Position numbers and translations under genes: made by a program
Origin: Polyangiales bacterium
GTDB taxonomy: Bacteria > Myxococcota_A > Polyangia > Polyangiales > Polyangiaceae
Reading direction: 5' to 3'
NCBI GenBank assembly: GCA_038231275.1
Contig: JBBRLQ010000044.1
Coordinates: 1 to 52,528 of the forward strand
Length of the DNA: 52,528 bases
In this document: positions 1 to 13,026 of the stretch, in pieces
How the letters are laid out: each line of letters begins with the position of its first letter
Position numbering within the stretch: position 1 is the first letter of the stretch
The notes under the pieces: generated by a model
What the model saw: the letters and a program-made list of their open reading frames with translations, nothing else
Told to the model about the DNA's origin: nothing
Databases searched by the model: none

Positions 1-2194
1 CATGTTGCTTCAGGCAACGGCCGATTCGTTCGGTGTGCCGGTCACGCAGTTCGCCGACGTAGCCTTCAAAGCGGAGCTCGCGCCGAAGTTCAGCTACGGC
101 TGCGCCGTCTTCCTCGACACCGATCGCGTGAACTTCCAGAAGGAGGGCTTCTCGAAAGAGGAGATGCTCGCCGGTCTCGCGCAGGTCCTCCCGAAGAACG
201 TGTGGCAGTACGTCGTGCAGATCCCGCGCATGGCGTCGCTCGGGAAGAAGTTCGTTCTCCAGGGCGGCACGCAATACAACCTCGCGGCCGTCAAGGCGCA
301 GGTCGACTACATCAAGGAGCGCGTGCCGGAGGCCGAGGTCTTCGTGCACCCGCACACCGGCGAGGCCGGCGCGATCGGCGCGGCGATGGAGACCCTGCGC
401 GTCGTGAAGCGCAAGGGCACCTCGACGTTCATCGGCATCGAGTCGGCGATCGCGCTCGAGTACACGAGCAAGAACGACGAAGAGACCGTCTGTCACTTCT
501 GTCCGAACGAGTGCAAGCGCACCTTCATCGACACCAAGCGCACCGACGGCTCGTCGTCGCGCTACATCGCCGGATTCTCCTGCGAGAAGGGCACCGTCGA
601 GAGCAAAGACGCGATGCTCGACCTCGTCGAGGAGCGGAAGAAGCTCGCGGCGCAGTTCCCCAACATGGTGGACTACGAGGCGAAGCGCGCGTTCATGCAC
701 GTGTACGACTCCTCGCCGATGCCGGCCGAGGGCTCGCCGCTCAAGGACGTCGTCATCAAGAAGGGCATCTTCGGCGCCAAGCGCGTCGAGATCACGCGCC
801 CCTTCACGCGCTCGACGCCCGAGGCGTGGGCCGCGCGCAAGAAGATCCGCATCGGCATCCCGCGCGTCCTGAACCTGTACTCGACCGGCCCGTGGTTCCG
901 CACGTACTTCGAGGCGCTCGGCCTCCCGAAGCAGAACGTCGTCTTCAGCGACGAGACGACCGAAGAGATGTGGGTCGAGGGCGGGAAATACGGCTCGATT
1001 GACCCGTGCTACCCGAGCAAGGTCTCGCAGGCGCACATCCACCATCTGCTCTTCGAGGCGCACACCGACAAGCGCCCGCTCAAGTACATCTTCTTCCCGA
1101 TCCTCACGCACGTGCAGAACTTCGTGAAGGACACGATGGACAACTCCTCGTGCCCCATCGTCGCGGGCGCGCCGGAGGTCATGAAGGCCGCGTTCACGAA
1201 GGAGGTCGACTTCTTCGCGACGCGCGGCATCGAGTACTTGGACCCCGCGCTCTCGTTCGTCGAGCCGACCTTGATGGCGAAGCGGCTCTTCGACATCTTC
1301 GGCTCGCGCCTCGGCATCACCGAGGACGAGAACGACTTCGCGTGCAAGCAGGCGTGGATCGCCCTCAACGCGTTCGACAAAGACGTCGAGCACAAGGGCC
1401 GCGCCATCCTCGAGACCGTCGAGGCCGAGGATCGCGTCGCCATCCTCATGATCGGCCGCCCGTACCACTCGGACCCGGGTCTCAACCACGGCATCCCCGA
1501 GGAGTTCCAGGTCCTCGGCTACCCGATCCTGAGCGTCCGCTCCATCCCCAAGGATCGCGAGTACCTCGATCGCTACTACAAGGAGGAGCTCGAGAAGGGC
1601 ATCATCAAGACGCCTCTCGAGCTCAATCACGTGTGGCCGGAGAACTACTCGGTCAACAGCGCGCAGAAGGTCTGGGCCGCGGCCTTCGCGGCGCACCACC
1701 CGAACGTCGTCGTGCTCGATCTCTCGAGCTTCAAGTGCGGCCACGACGCGCCGGTCTACGGCCTCATCGACTCGATCATCGAGACGAGCAAGACCCCGTA
1801 CGCCGCGCTCCACGACATCGACGCGAACAAGCCCAGCGGCAGCATCAAGATCCGCGTGAAGACGTACGCCCACGCGCTGCGCCTCCACGAGGAACGCTTG
1901 CAGGATACACGCAAGCGCAAGGGCGAATTGGTGCGCAAGATCGACGAGAAGCGCCTCCAGCTCCTCGAGCTCCGCAGGGAGCAGATCGCCGCGCGTCACC
2001 AGACCGATCCGGCCATCGAGAAACAGATCGAAGAGCTCCGCGTGAAGCTCGCCGCCTACGAGGCGCCGCCGGCGCCCAAGGGCGATCCTGTGCTCACGCA
2101 AAACATCGTAAAATTGGGCAAGAAGACCGCCAACGGCATCGTGCGCATCGAGGAGCCTCAAGTACGAGCCTCCCTCGAGGCGACCGGGGAATGA
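1..2194 (+). CDS. 5'-truncated CoA-activase (BadF/BadG/BcrA/BcrD ATPase) + DUF2229-type protein; PlsA-like
   Basis: ASKHA activase motifs (GCAVF, LQGGT, GAIGAA), CHFCPNEC, GIPRVLN, DPCYPSK, SCPIV, GRPYH, SFKCGHDA; runs off the window start. Confidence 0.85.
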   Translation, partial: MLLQATADSFGVPVTQFADVAFKAELAPKFSYGCAVFLDTDRVNFQKEGFSKEEMLAGLAQVLPKNVWQYVVQIPRMASLGKKFVLQGGTQYNLAAVKAQVDYIKERVPEAEVFVHPHTGEAGAIGAAMETLRVVKRKGTSTFIGIESAIALEYTSKNDEETVCHFCPNECKRTFIDTKRTDGSSSRYIAGFSCEKGTVESKDAMLDLVEERKKLAAQFPNMVDYEAKRAFMHVYDSSPMPAEGSPLKDVVIKKGIFGAKRVEITRPFTRSTPEAWAARKKIRIGIPRVLNLYSTGPWFRTYFEALGLPKQNVVFSDETTEEMWVEGGKYGSIDPCYPSKVSQAHIHHLLFEAHTDKRPLKYIFFPILTHVQNFVKDTMDNSSCPIVAGAPEVMKAAFTKEVDFFATRGIEYLDPALSFVEPTLMAKRLFDIFGSRLGITEDENDFACKQAWIALNAFDKDVEHKGRAILETVEAEDRVAILMIGRPYHSDPGLNHGIPEEFQVLGYPILSVRSIPKDREYLDRYYKEELEKGIIKTPLELNHVWPENYSVNSAQKVWAAAFAAHHPNVVVLDLSSFKCGHDAPVYGLIDSIIETSKTPYAALHDIDANKPSGSIKIRVKTYAHALRLHEERLQDTRKRKGELVRKIDEKRLQLLELRREQIAARHQTDPAIEKQIEELRVKLAAYEAPPAPKGDPVLTQNIVKLGKKTANGIVRIEEPQVRASLEATGE

Positions 2195-2208
2195 AGGGAA
2201 CGACGAAC

Positions 2209-4065
<1,857 letters not shown>

Positions 4066-4211
4066 GACGACTCGCGTAAACTCTCCGCGGAAGGGGCGGA
4101 TATTATGGGCATTTGTGCATCACCCATTCGGGTGACGCACTGCCCGGCGCGCCCTTTCGTCCAACGGGAGGAATCGGTAACGTCCTTCTTCTCGAAAGAA
4201 AGGGAAAATCC

Positions 4212-5423
4212 ATGCTTCACGCGCGCATTCTGGGCGGCCTCGGCATCGCATTCCTCCTCGCGGCTTGTTCGAGCACCACGACGAACAACGGCGGCGTAAC
4301 GCAAGACGGCGGGAGCTCCGGCGACGGTGGCACGGGCGGCGGCGCGTTGTCGTTCAAGCCGTCGAACATCGACCTGACCGGCTGGGACCTGTCCCAGATC
4401 GGCGACGTCGACCTCAGCGGTACCAACTGCATCATCGACGACGAAGCGGCCGAAGGTCTCACGTCGATCCTCTGCGACACCAACAGCGGCGATCACGTCG
4501 TTCACAAGATCGTGACCCTCGCCGACCAGAGCAAGATCTCCATCTACGTGATGAAGTCGCTCCGGATCGAGCCGTCGACGAGCCTCTCGCTGAGCCGCGG
4601 CCACCTCCCGATCGTCCTTGTGACGACCGGCTCGATGGAGGTGCTCGGATCGATCGACGTCTTGGCGGGGCTGGTCGGCGGCGCGTTCAACAGCGGGATC
4701 CCGATGGAGCTCGGCAAGGGCTCAGGCGCCGGCGGCGGCACCGCGGGCGACTCGACGGGCCTGGCGGGCGGCGGCGGATCGTTCTGCGGCCTGGGCGGCA
4801 AGGCGGGCACCATCACTGGCGCGACGCCCGGCACTGCAGCGCCGGCGCCGACCGCGGCCTACGGAAACGCCACGCTCGTCCCGCTCACCGCGGGCTCGGC
4901 GGGCGGAAACGGCGCGCTCGTCAACGACGGGCAAGGTGGCGGCGCAGTGCAGCTCGTGGCCGGCACGTCCTTCAACTTGCATGCGGGAGGGCACATCAAC
5001 GCGGGCGGCTCCGGAGGCACGTTCGGCGGGACGACCAAGCAGTCGTCGGGTGGCGGCGGCAGCGGCGGCGCGATCCTCATCGAGTCGCCGACCGTGAACC
5101 TCGACGGCGCGGTCGGCGCGAACGGCGGCGGCGGCGGGCAGGGCAACGGCGACACCGGCGACGACGCGAAGGCCGACGTGATCGCGAAGGGCGGACACAA
5201 GGTCGCTCCCGGTGCGGCCGGTGATCCTGCGGGTGACGGCTCCTTTGGGGCGGCGCTCAACGGCGGAGACGGCCCCTCGTCGCCCACCTTCAGCGCGGGT
5301 GGCGGCGGCGGCGGCGCGGGTCGCATCCGCGTCAACACGACGTCGGGCGCCGCGACGATCACGGGCGCGATCTCGCCGGCGGCGGGCAGCGCGTGCTTCA
5401 CGCAGGGCAAGCTCGCGAGCTGA
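4212..5423 (+). CDS. glycine-rich secreted lipoprotein
   Basis: Signal peptide with lipobox LAAC; Gly runs alternate with short strands (GGGAVQLVA, GGSGGAILIES, GGAGRIRV). Confidence 0.8.
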   Translation: MLHARILGGLGIAFLLAACSSTTTNNGGVTQDGGSSGDGGTGGGALSFKPSNIDLTGWDLSQIGDVDLSGTNCIIDDEAAEGLTSILCDTNSGDHVVHKIVTLADQSKISIYVMKSLRIEPSTSLSLSRGHLPIVLVTTGSMEVLGSIDVLAGLVGGAFNSGIPMELGKGSGAGGGTAGDSTGLAGGGGSFCGLGGKAGTITGATPGTAAPAPTAAYGNATLVPLTAGSAGGNGALVNDGQGGGAVQLVAGTSFNLHAGGHINAGGSGGTFGGTTKQSSGGGGSGGAILIESPTVNLDGAVGANGGGGGQGNGDTGDDAKADVIAKGGHKVAPGAAGDPAGDGSFGAALNGGDGPSSPTFSAGGGGGGAGRIRVNTTSGAATITGAISPAAGSACFTQGKLAS

Positions 5424-5468
5424 GGAGATCGCAGCGTATCGAAGCGCCCTTGACGCGGGGCGCGACGG

Positions 5469-6422
5469 TCAAAACTCCACGCGAACGCCGTCGGCAGTGG
5501 CGGCGATCGCGCGGGGCTTGCTCGGTACGACGAACACGAGAACCGCCGCCGCGACGAGGCCGACGCCTCCGACGATGAACGCGACGGTCGAGACGTTGCC
5601 CGCGCTCTTCGCCTGATCGATGAGCGCGATGCCGTCGGCGTCGCAGCCGATCGCGTCGCAGTGGGGCTTCGAGTCGTCGAGCTTTCCCCGCGCGCGGAGG
5701 CCAAAGACCGTGCCCACGCCGACGCCCGCCACGCCGACCACCAGCGCCGTTGCGATCGACGCCGTGCGCCAGGCCGGGCTCTTCGCCTCCACCATTGGCG
5801 GGGGGAGGGGACGCTCTTCTTCTTTCTCCTTCGGTCGCTCGGCCACGCGCGCAGGCTCTTCGGCGTCGAGCGCGGGAATCGTCACCCGGACCGTCGCGCC
5901 CGCGGCCGCGGTCACCTGGGTGGACCATGGACGCTTCCCCGGGGCGCGGGCCCGAACGACCCGGCGGCCCGGATCGATCGGCACGAGGCCGCCGCCACGG
6001 AGCGAGAGCGCCTCGCCGTCTACATCGACGACCAGCCCTTCTGCCGCCGCGGGATCCATCTCGACGATCAACTTCGCGACCTTCCGCTCGACGCGCCCCG
6101 CGAGCTCACGCGCCGCCCGCTCGCGATCGCCTCGACCCGCGTCGCGTGCCATCGTTGCCGCGCGCTCGTACACCGCGAGCGCGTGCGCGAGCTGCCCTTG
6201 CTTTTCGAAGCACCCGCCGAGGTTCAGCATCGTCCCGAGGCGCGGCGCGATGCGAAAGCTCTCTTCGAGCTTCGGGCACGCCGCCGCCAAGTCTCCCTTG
6301 TCCATCAGCGCGCGACCCTCGCGAAATAGCGCGTCCGCGCGCGTCGTGTCGGCGGGAGGCGCCGCGCGCGCGGAGGACGCGAGCAAGCACGCAGCGAGGA
6401 CGACGGCGAGGCGCGGTCGCAT
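5469..6422 (-). CDS. TPR + PEGA-like exported protein with C-terminal hydrophobic hairpin
   Basis: Signal peptide, ADALFREGRALM..ACPKLEES..LNLGGCFE TPR, beta domain (VRARAPGKRPW), two hydrophobic helices around a C-x4-C loop. Confidence 0.8.
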   Translation of the reverse strand: MRPRLAVVLAACLLASSARAAPPADTTRADALFREGRALMDKGDLAAACPKLEESFRIAPRLGTMLNLGGCFEKQGQLAHALAVYERAATMARDAGRGDRERAARELAGRVERKVAKLIVEMDPAAAEGLVVDVDGEALSLRGGGLVPIDPGRRVVRARAPGKRPWSTQVTAAAGATVRVTIPALDAEEPARVAERPKEKEEERPLPPPMVEAKSPAWRTASIATALVVGVAGVGVGTVFGLRARGKLDDSKPHCDAIGCDADGIALIDQAKSAGNVSTVAFIVGGVGLVAAAVLVFVVPSKPRAIAATADGVRVEF

Positions 6423-6425
6423 GTC

Positions 6426-7892
6426 TCAGTCCGGGGTCACCGGCAGCTCGGGACCTTTGCCACCGCCCCCGCGCGGGCGGCCCGTGGGCTTCGTCCCTGG
6501 CGTCGTCCCTTTCGACGTGGGCTTCGTCGTGGGGATCGGGTCGACCGTCGCCGCCGCGCTCGGAGTCGGAGTCGGAGTCGGAGTCGGAATCGGAGTCGGA
6601 GTCGGAGTCGGAGTCGGAGTCGGAGTCGGAGTCGGAGTCGGAGTCGGAGTCGGAGTCGGAGTCGGAGTCGGAGTCGGAGCCGCCGCGACAGTGCCTGCGG
6701 CTCCGGTCGCGAGGTCCGTCTTCGGATGCGCCGGCCTCATCAGCACCACCGTGATCACCGCGAGCACGAGGGACAGCATCACCCCGCCGGCGATGAGCCT
6801 GCCGTACGGCGGCCGCGGCTCCTCTCGATCGGGCGTCGCCACGCCGAACTGGCTCGCCGTCTGCTCGAACGGGCGCGGTCGCTCCGACGGACCGGCCGCG
6901 CGCGTCGCCGTCGGTGCGGGCATGGGCATCTCGACGGTCGGTGCTTCGGGATCTGTCTTGCGCGGTCCCCCCGGCCTGGACCCCGCGGTCGCGATCGTCG
7001 TCTCGAACGGCGCCGCCGCGCTCATGCGCTCGAACGTCCACCGCGCGCGCGGCGGAGCCACCGACAAGAGGCCCTGCGCCACGCCGTGCACCGTAGGAAA
7101 GCGATCGTCGCGATCCTTGGCGAGGCAGCGCCGCACGACCGCCGCGTATGCCTCGGGGACGCCTGCGAGAGGGAGCGGCTCGTCGCGCGAGATCGAGTAC
7201 ATGAGGCCCGCGAGGTTGTCCGCCTCGAACGGGTGCCGGCCGCTCGCGAGGTAATAGAGGACGACGCCGAGCGACCAGATGTCGGTGCGTGCGTCGACGT
7301 CCTGCGGCGACGCGAGCTGCTCGGGGGACATGTACATCGGCGATCCGAGGAGCGACGCCGCCGCCATCGCCGAGTGCGTCGCCTCCTCGCCGCGGCCGTG
7401 CGCCTTCGAGATCCCGAAGTCGATGATCTTGACGGAGGTGTGCCCGGACGCGTCGCGCGTGAGGAAGAGGTTCGACGGCTTCACGTCGCGGTGTACTACG
7501 CCGTTCGCGTGGGCGTCCGCGAGGCCGTGGCACGCCTGGATCACGAGCTCGGCGGCCTCCGCCACGGCGCGTGGCCCGCTCTCTTTCACGAGCTCGTCGA
7601 GGCGCGAGCCGCTGAGGAGTTCCAGCACGATGTACGGTTCGAGCGGAGAGAGGGCCCCTGCGTCGAGGACGCGCGCGACGTGCTCGCTCTTGAGCCGCGC
7701 GATCGTCCGCGCCTCTTTGAGGAGGCTCGCGACAGCGCCGGGATCGGCGGTGGCGTCGGTGTGGACGAACTTGACCGCGACCAGTTGCGCGAGCTGCAAA
7801 TGGGTGGCGGCGTACACGATCCCCATCCCGCCGCGCCCGACGACGTGCTCGAGGCGGTACTTGTCTGCGATCACGTCGCCGGGGCCCACCAT
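6426..7892 (-). CDS. Ser/Thr protein kinase with TM helix and Pro-Thr stalk
   Basis: [37 protein letters not shown]; start after GAGGA. Confidence 0.93.
   Translation of the reverse strand: MVGPGDVIADKYRLEHVVGRGGMGIVYAATHLQLAQLVAVKFVHTDATADPGAVASLLKEARTIARLKSEHVARVLDAGALSPLEPYIVLELLSGSRLDELVKESGPRAVAEAAELVIQACHGLADAHANGVVHRDVKPSNLFLTRDASGHTSVKIIDFGISKAHGRGEEATHSAMAAASLLGSPMYMSPEQLASPQDVDARTDIWSLGVVLYYLASGRHPFEADNLAGLMYSISRDEPLPLAGVPEAYAAVVRRCLAKDRDDRFPTVHGVAQGLLSVAPPRARWTFERMSAAAPFETTIATAGSRPGGPRKTDPEAPTVEMPMPAPTATRAAGPSERPRPFEQTASQFGVATPDREEPRPPYGRLIAGGVMLSLVLAVITVVLMRPAHPKTDLATGAAGTVAAAPTPTPTPTPTPTPTPTPTPTPTPTPTPTPIPTPTPTPTPSAAATVDPIPTTKPTSKGTTPGTKPTGRPRGGGGKGPELPVTPD
6561..6680. repeat. 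(CGGAGT)~20 tandem hexamer encoding (PT)n
   Basis: Near-perfect tandem array read directly; one internal variant unit (Ile). Confidence 0.95.
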
Positions 7893-7956
7893 TCGTCGGT
7901 CCTCGAAGTATAAGGACGTTCCTCCGGAGGCGCCACGTACCGGTATTTCAGCTACT

Positions 7957-8844
7957 TCAGAGTCCGCAGCAGCGAATTCCCAGGTCGAAGAACGTGAGGG
8001 AGCGCGGGCCGACGAAGACCGTGTTGCACGAGTCGTTGGCGAGGTTGAACGAGCCTCCGCCGAGGAGACACATGTCGTTCGACCGCGTGGCGGCGTCGGC
8101 GCGATCGCAGCCGTCGAACCATTCCTGCACGTTCCCCGCCATGTCGAAGAGCCCGCCGAACCCCGCATCGCACGTCGCCAGGGTCGCCGGCGGAATGGGC
8201 GCGCCGGCCTCGCGCTCGATGCCGTTGCACGATTTCGCGTCGAACGCGGTCCCGTACGGGAAGCCGCGCAGGCCGTCGTTCGAGCACGCGTAATACCACT
8301 GGCTCGTCGTCGATCCCCCCTGGTTCGTTTGCAGAGGACCTCCCGCGCGCGCGCCGCACACGCGCTTGCCAGCCCACTTGCAGTACGCGGTGGCGTCGCA
8401 CCAGTCGACGAAAATGACCGGGAGCGACTCGGTGCCTGCCGCCGGCGGCCACCCGCTCGCCGGAACGAACGACGTCTTGAACGCGCAGTCGGCGCCGGCG
8501 GAGGCGACGGTGGGATTCGACGCGAGGAACGCCAGGTACTGCGCCCGCGTCACCTCGGTCGAGTCGATGCAGACCGTGCCGGAGAGCACCATCGTGGGAC
8601 CGGCGTCGCTCGGGCACGGAGAGCGCGCGTCGATCGCCGCGTCGTTTCCCGCGTCGACCGAGGCGTCGGGCGGGACTCCGTTGCCGTCGGGGCGCGTGGA
8701 GTCCTCGGTCGACGCGTCGTGCGGGACCTCGACGACCCCGCTGTCGTCGGGCCGAAGCGGGCGATCCTCGACGCCCAGGAGGCCATTGCACGCCGCCGCC
8801 GTGATCACGGACGCAAACGCGACGAGGACCAGGATGCGCCGCAC
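7957..8844 (-). CDS. FGE-sulfatase/SUMF1-domain lipoprotein
   Basis: Lipobox [46 protein letters not shown]. Confidence 0.88.
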   Translation of the reverse strand: MRRILVLVAFASVITAAACNGLLGVEDRPLRPDDSGVVEVPHDASTEDSTRPDGNGVPPDASVDAGNDAAIDARSPCPSDAGPTMVLSGTVCIDSTEVTRAQYLAFLASNPTVASAGADCAFKTSFVPASGWPPAAGTESLPVIFVDWCDATAYCKWAGKRVCGARAGGPLQTNQGGSTTSQWYYACSNDGLRGFPYGTAFDAKSCNGIEREAGAPIPPATLATCDAGFGGLFDMAGNVQEWFDGCDRADAATRSNDMCLLGGGSFNLANDSCNTVFVGPRSLTFFDLGIRCCGL

Positions 8845-8850
8845 GCCCGT

Positions 8851-8856
8851 AGTCTA
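8851..8856 (-). promoter_or_regulatory. -10-like TAGACT 6 nt before GTG 8844 (leaderless-type)
   Basis: Spacing recurs at several other genes in the window. Confidence 0.55.
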
Positions 8857-8924
8857 CCTCACGAACCGCCGCCGAGCCGGCCTCGGCTCACGGGGCGCGC
8901 GGCGTGAGGCCTTTGAAGACTCGC

Positions 8925-10130
<1,206 letters not shown>

Positions 10131-10178
10131 ATGCTCGGGTTACCACGACATTGTTTCGTGTGCTAAGGATTGTTGCGC

Positions 10179-11546
10179 GTGACCGACAAAGTCCAGCTCT
10201 CCAAGGTCCCGAAGGACGTCTTCGGCCTGTGCGACAAGCTCCGCGGCGCCGGCAAGCGGAGCTGGATCGTCGGCGGGTGCGTGCGCGACATGCTCCTCGG
10301 GCGCGAAGTGGCCGACTGGGACCTGTGCACCGACGCCACGCCCGACGAGCTGATGAAGATCTTCCCGCGCGCGATCCCCACGGGGATCGAGCACGGCACG
10401 GTCACCGTCGTCGTGACCGGCAAGCACTACGAGGTGACGACGCTGCGCGGAGAGACGACGTACTCCGACGGTCGTCGCCCCGACGCGGTGCACTTCGTGA
10501 GCGACATCGCGGCCGATCTCGCGCGCCGCGACTTCACGTTCAACGCCGTCGCGATCGATCCGCTCGACGGCACCGTCATCGATCCGTGGGGCGGTCAGAA
10601 GGACCTCGCGGCGCGCGTGCTGCGCGCGGTGGGCGATCCGCTCCAGCGCTTCGGTGAGGACGGACTGCGCGTGCTTCGGGCCGCGCGCTTCGTGGCGACG
10701 CTGGAAGTGGAGCTTGATCCGGCGACGCGCGCCGCCATCGGCCCGACGCTGGGCACCTACCGCAAGGTGAGCCACGAGCGCATCCGCGACGAGTGGGTAA
10801 AGGCGATGAAGGCGCGCCGGCCGTCGCGCGCGTTCGAAGTGATGAGGGACACCGGCATCCTCGAGGTGACGTGCCCCGAGCTGCTCCTCGGCGTCGGGAT
10901 GGAGCAGAACAAGTACCACGTGTACGACGTGTGGACGCACGGCATGGAGTGCATGGACGCGTGCGCGGGCGATCCCATCCTGCGCATCGCGGCGCTCCTT
11001 CACGACGTCGGCAAGCCGGCGACGCGCGCGATGGGCGAGAAGACGAAGGACTGGACCTTCTACGATCACGACCGGATCGGCGCCGAGATCGCCGATCCGA
11101 TCTGCCAGCGCCTGCGCTTCTCCAACGACGAGCGCGCGCGCATCACGCACCTCGTTCGAAATCACCTCTTCCACTACACGAACGAGCTCACCGACGCCGG
11201 CGTAAGGCGGTGGGTGCGGCGGATGGGGATCGAGCGCCTCGAGGATTTCTACGCGCTGAACGAGGCGGATCTGCGCGCAAAGGGGACCGAGGGACCCACC
11301 GACTTGAGCGCGCTCGCGGGCTTGAAGGCGCACGTGGCGAAGGTGCTCGCAGAAGGGGCCGCGCTGTCGACGCGCGATCTGAAGGTGAACGGGCGCGATC
11401 TGATGCAGGAGCTGGGGCTCGCGCCGGGGCGGATCCTCGGCGAGCTGCTCGAGGGGCTGCTCGAGGTCGTGACGAACGATCCGACCCTCAACGAGCGCGA
11501 CAAACTGCTCGCGAAAGCCCGTGAAATGGTAGCGTCGCGCACGTGA
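10179..11546 (+). CDS. cca: class II tRNA nucleotidyltransferase with HD domain
   Basis: VGGCVRD..DWD, RRDFTFNA, EDGLRVLRAARF, LLHDVGK; start TTG 10170 or GTG 10179. Confidence 0.88.
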   Translation: MTDKVQLSKVPKDVFGLCDKLRGAGKRSWIVGGCVRDMLLGREVADWDLCTDATPDELMKIFPRAIPTGIEHGTVTVVVTGKHYEVTTLRGETTYSDGRRPDAVHFVSDIAADLARRDFTFNAVAIDPLDGTVIDPWGGQKDLAARVLRAVGDPLQRFGEDGLRVLRAARFVATLEVELDPATRAAIGPTLGTYRKVSHERIRDEWVKAMKARRPSRAFEVMRDTGILEVTCPELLLGVGMEQNKYHVYDVWTHGMECMDACAGDPILRIAALLHDVGKPATRAMGEKTKDWTFYDHDRIGAEIADPICQRLRFSNDERARITHLVRNHLFHYTNELTDAGVRRWVRRMGIERLEDFYALNEADLRAKGTEGPTDLSALAGLKAHVAKVLAEGAALSTRDLKVNGRDLMQELGLAPGRILGELLEGLLEVVTNDPTLNERDKLLAKAREMVASRT

Positions 11547-12988
11547 GAGCGGCAAAATTCGCCCTTGCGTTGGCGGCGTTCACGGTGACGGGCGCGGCTG
11601 CGCACGGCGCGATGGCCCAGTCGCCGCCGGCGGCTCCCACGACCATCGCGCTGGGCGACTGGCAGCTCGCGCCGACGCTCGAGGTGCGGACGCGCGGCGA
11701 GGTCCGGCGCGATCCGGTGGAGCTCGGCGGCAGCGACGTCCTCGGCGGCGCCGGCCCGCGCGTGCGTGACGCGTGGGGTATCTTCGAGCGCGCGCGCCTA
11801 GGCCTCGGCGCCGAGCGCGGCGCGTTGCGTGCACAATTCACGCTTCAAGACGCCCACGCGTGGGGATCGCCGTCGCCGATCGGTGTCCTCGGCACGCGCA
11901 GCGCGTTCGCGCAGATCGGCGCGCACGAGGCGTGGGTCGAGGCGCGCACGGCGAGCGCGCGACCCTGGTTCCTGCGCGTCGGACGGCAGGCGTTCGCGTG
12001 GGGGGATGGACGCCTCCTCGCCGCCGCAGATTGGTCGCCGGTCGGTCGCTCGCTCGACGCTGCGCGCGCACACGCCGCGTTCGGGATGATCGACGTCGAA
12101 GCGTTCGCCGCGATCCTCTCGTCGCCGACGCCGCTCGGCGTCTCCGCCGGCGACACGTTCGGCCCGACCGCCGCCGGCGCCGAGCTGTACGGCGCGCAAG
12201 CCGCGTGGCCGATCGATCCGCTCCTCCGCGTCGAGCTCACGGCCCTCGCGCGCGTCGCCCGCGGCTCGCACGTCGCGACCGACGCCGCCCGCTTCTCGCA
12301 GGCGCGCGACTCCGGCGAGACATACACCGCGAGCCTGCGCGCGAGCGGCGATCACAAGGGCTGGAAGTACGCTGCCGAGGGCGCTTACCAGCTCGGCCAC
12401 GCAAACGGCGGGAGCTTCGGCTCGGACGGCGCCGATCGCCGGGCGTTCGCGCTCGCAGCGTACGGCGGCAAGACGCTCGACGCGCTGGTGTGGACTCCGA
12501 CGGTCCGCCTCGGGGGGAGCTACGCCTCGGGCGACGACGGCGGCACGACGTACAAGCAGTTCGACCCCATCCTCCCGGATCTCCACGTCTGGCATGGCGC
12601 GATGGATGTGTTCTCGTGGTCGAACATGATCGAGGGCCACGCGAGCGTGTCGGTCGTGCCGTTCACCGACACGCAATTCGGCGTCGAGTACCGCTACGCG
12701 CGGATGGCCGAGTCGGGCGGCGACTGGCTCGGCGGCTACCTGAACGCGATCGGCCGCGCGCCGCAGTCGCAAAGCGCAGAGCTTGGGCACGAAGTCGACG
12801 TCGGCCTCCGCGTCCGCCCATGGACGCCCCTGGAGCTCGCCGCCGGCTACTCGCTCCTCGCGCTGGGCGACGGTGCGAAGGCCGTGATGTCCGCGCAGGC
12901 CCGAGGGCGCTTGCAGGCCGACGGGACGTACGCGCCGGCGGACTTTGCACACTACACGTATTTGATGGGGACGCTGTACGTGCCGTAG
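11543..12988 (+). CDS. alginate-export-family outer membrane beta-barrel
   Basis: Signal peptide; RVGRQAF.WGDGRL, SLDAAR, YASGD, LGHEVD; GTGA overlap with cca. Confidence 0.8.
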   Translation: MRAAKFALALAAFTVTGAAAHGAMAQSPPAAPTTIALGDWQLAPTLEVRTRGEVRRDPVELGGSDVLGGAGPRVRDAWGIFERARLGLGAERGALRAQFTLQDAHAWGSPSPIGVLGTRSAFAQIGAHEAWVEARTASARPWFLRVGRQAFAWGDGRLLAAADWSPVGRSLDAARAHAAFGMIDVEAFAAILSSPTPLGVSAGDTFGPTAAGAELYGAQAAWPIDPLLRVELTALARVARGSHVATDAARFSQARDSGETYTASLRASGDHKGWKYAAEGAYQLGHANGGSFGSDGADRRAFALAAYGGKTLDALVWTPTVRLGGSYASGDDGGTTYKQFDPILPDLHVWHGAMDVFSWSNMIEGHASVSVVPFTDTQFGVEYRYARMAESGGDWLGGYLNAIGRAPQSQSAELGHEVDVGLRVRPWTPLELAAGYSLLALGDGAKAVMSAQARGRLQADGTYAPADFAHYTYLMGTLYVP

Positions 12989-12993
12989 CCTTC

Positions 12994-13023
12994 GACCCCG
13001 ACCCCGACCCCGACCCCGACTCC
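12994..13023. repeat. (GACCCC)4 + GACTCC between convergent stop codons
   Basis: Read directly; minus strand has four GGGG tracts. Confidence 0.9.
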
Positions 13024-13026
13024 GAT

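Noticed and set aside
1006..2208. Long N-terminal extensions in the ORF track (also 15513, 17470, 23499, 25244, 31600, 46601)
   Set aside because: They overlap neighbouring genes out of frame or antisense; true starts are downstream, so these are not fusions.
6561..6680. Possible CRISPR array
   Set aside because: Spacer-less hexamer tandem repeat inside a CDS; no cas genes.
10179..11546. CC-adding-only enzyme or poly(A) polymerase
   Set aside because: The flexible loop (ETTYSDGRRPD) is present; no visible basis for a special call, though A-adding-only cannot be excluded.
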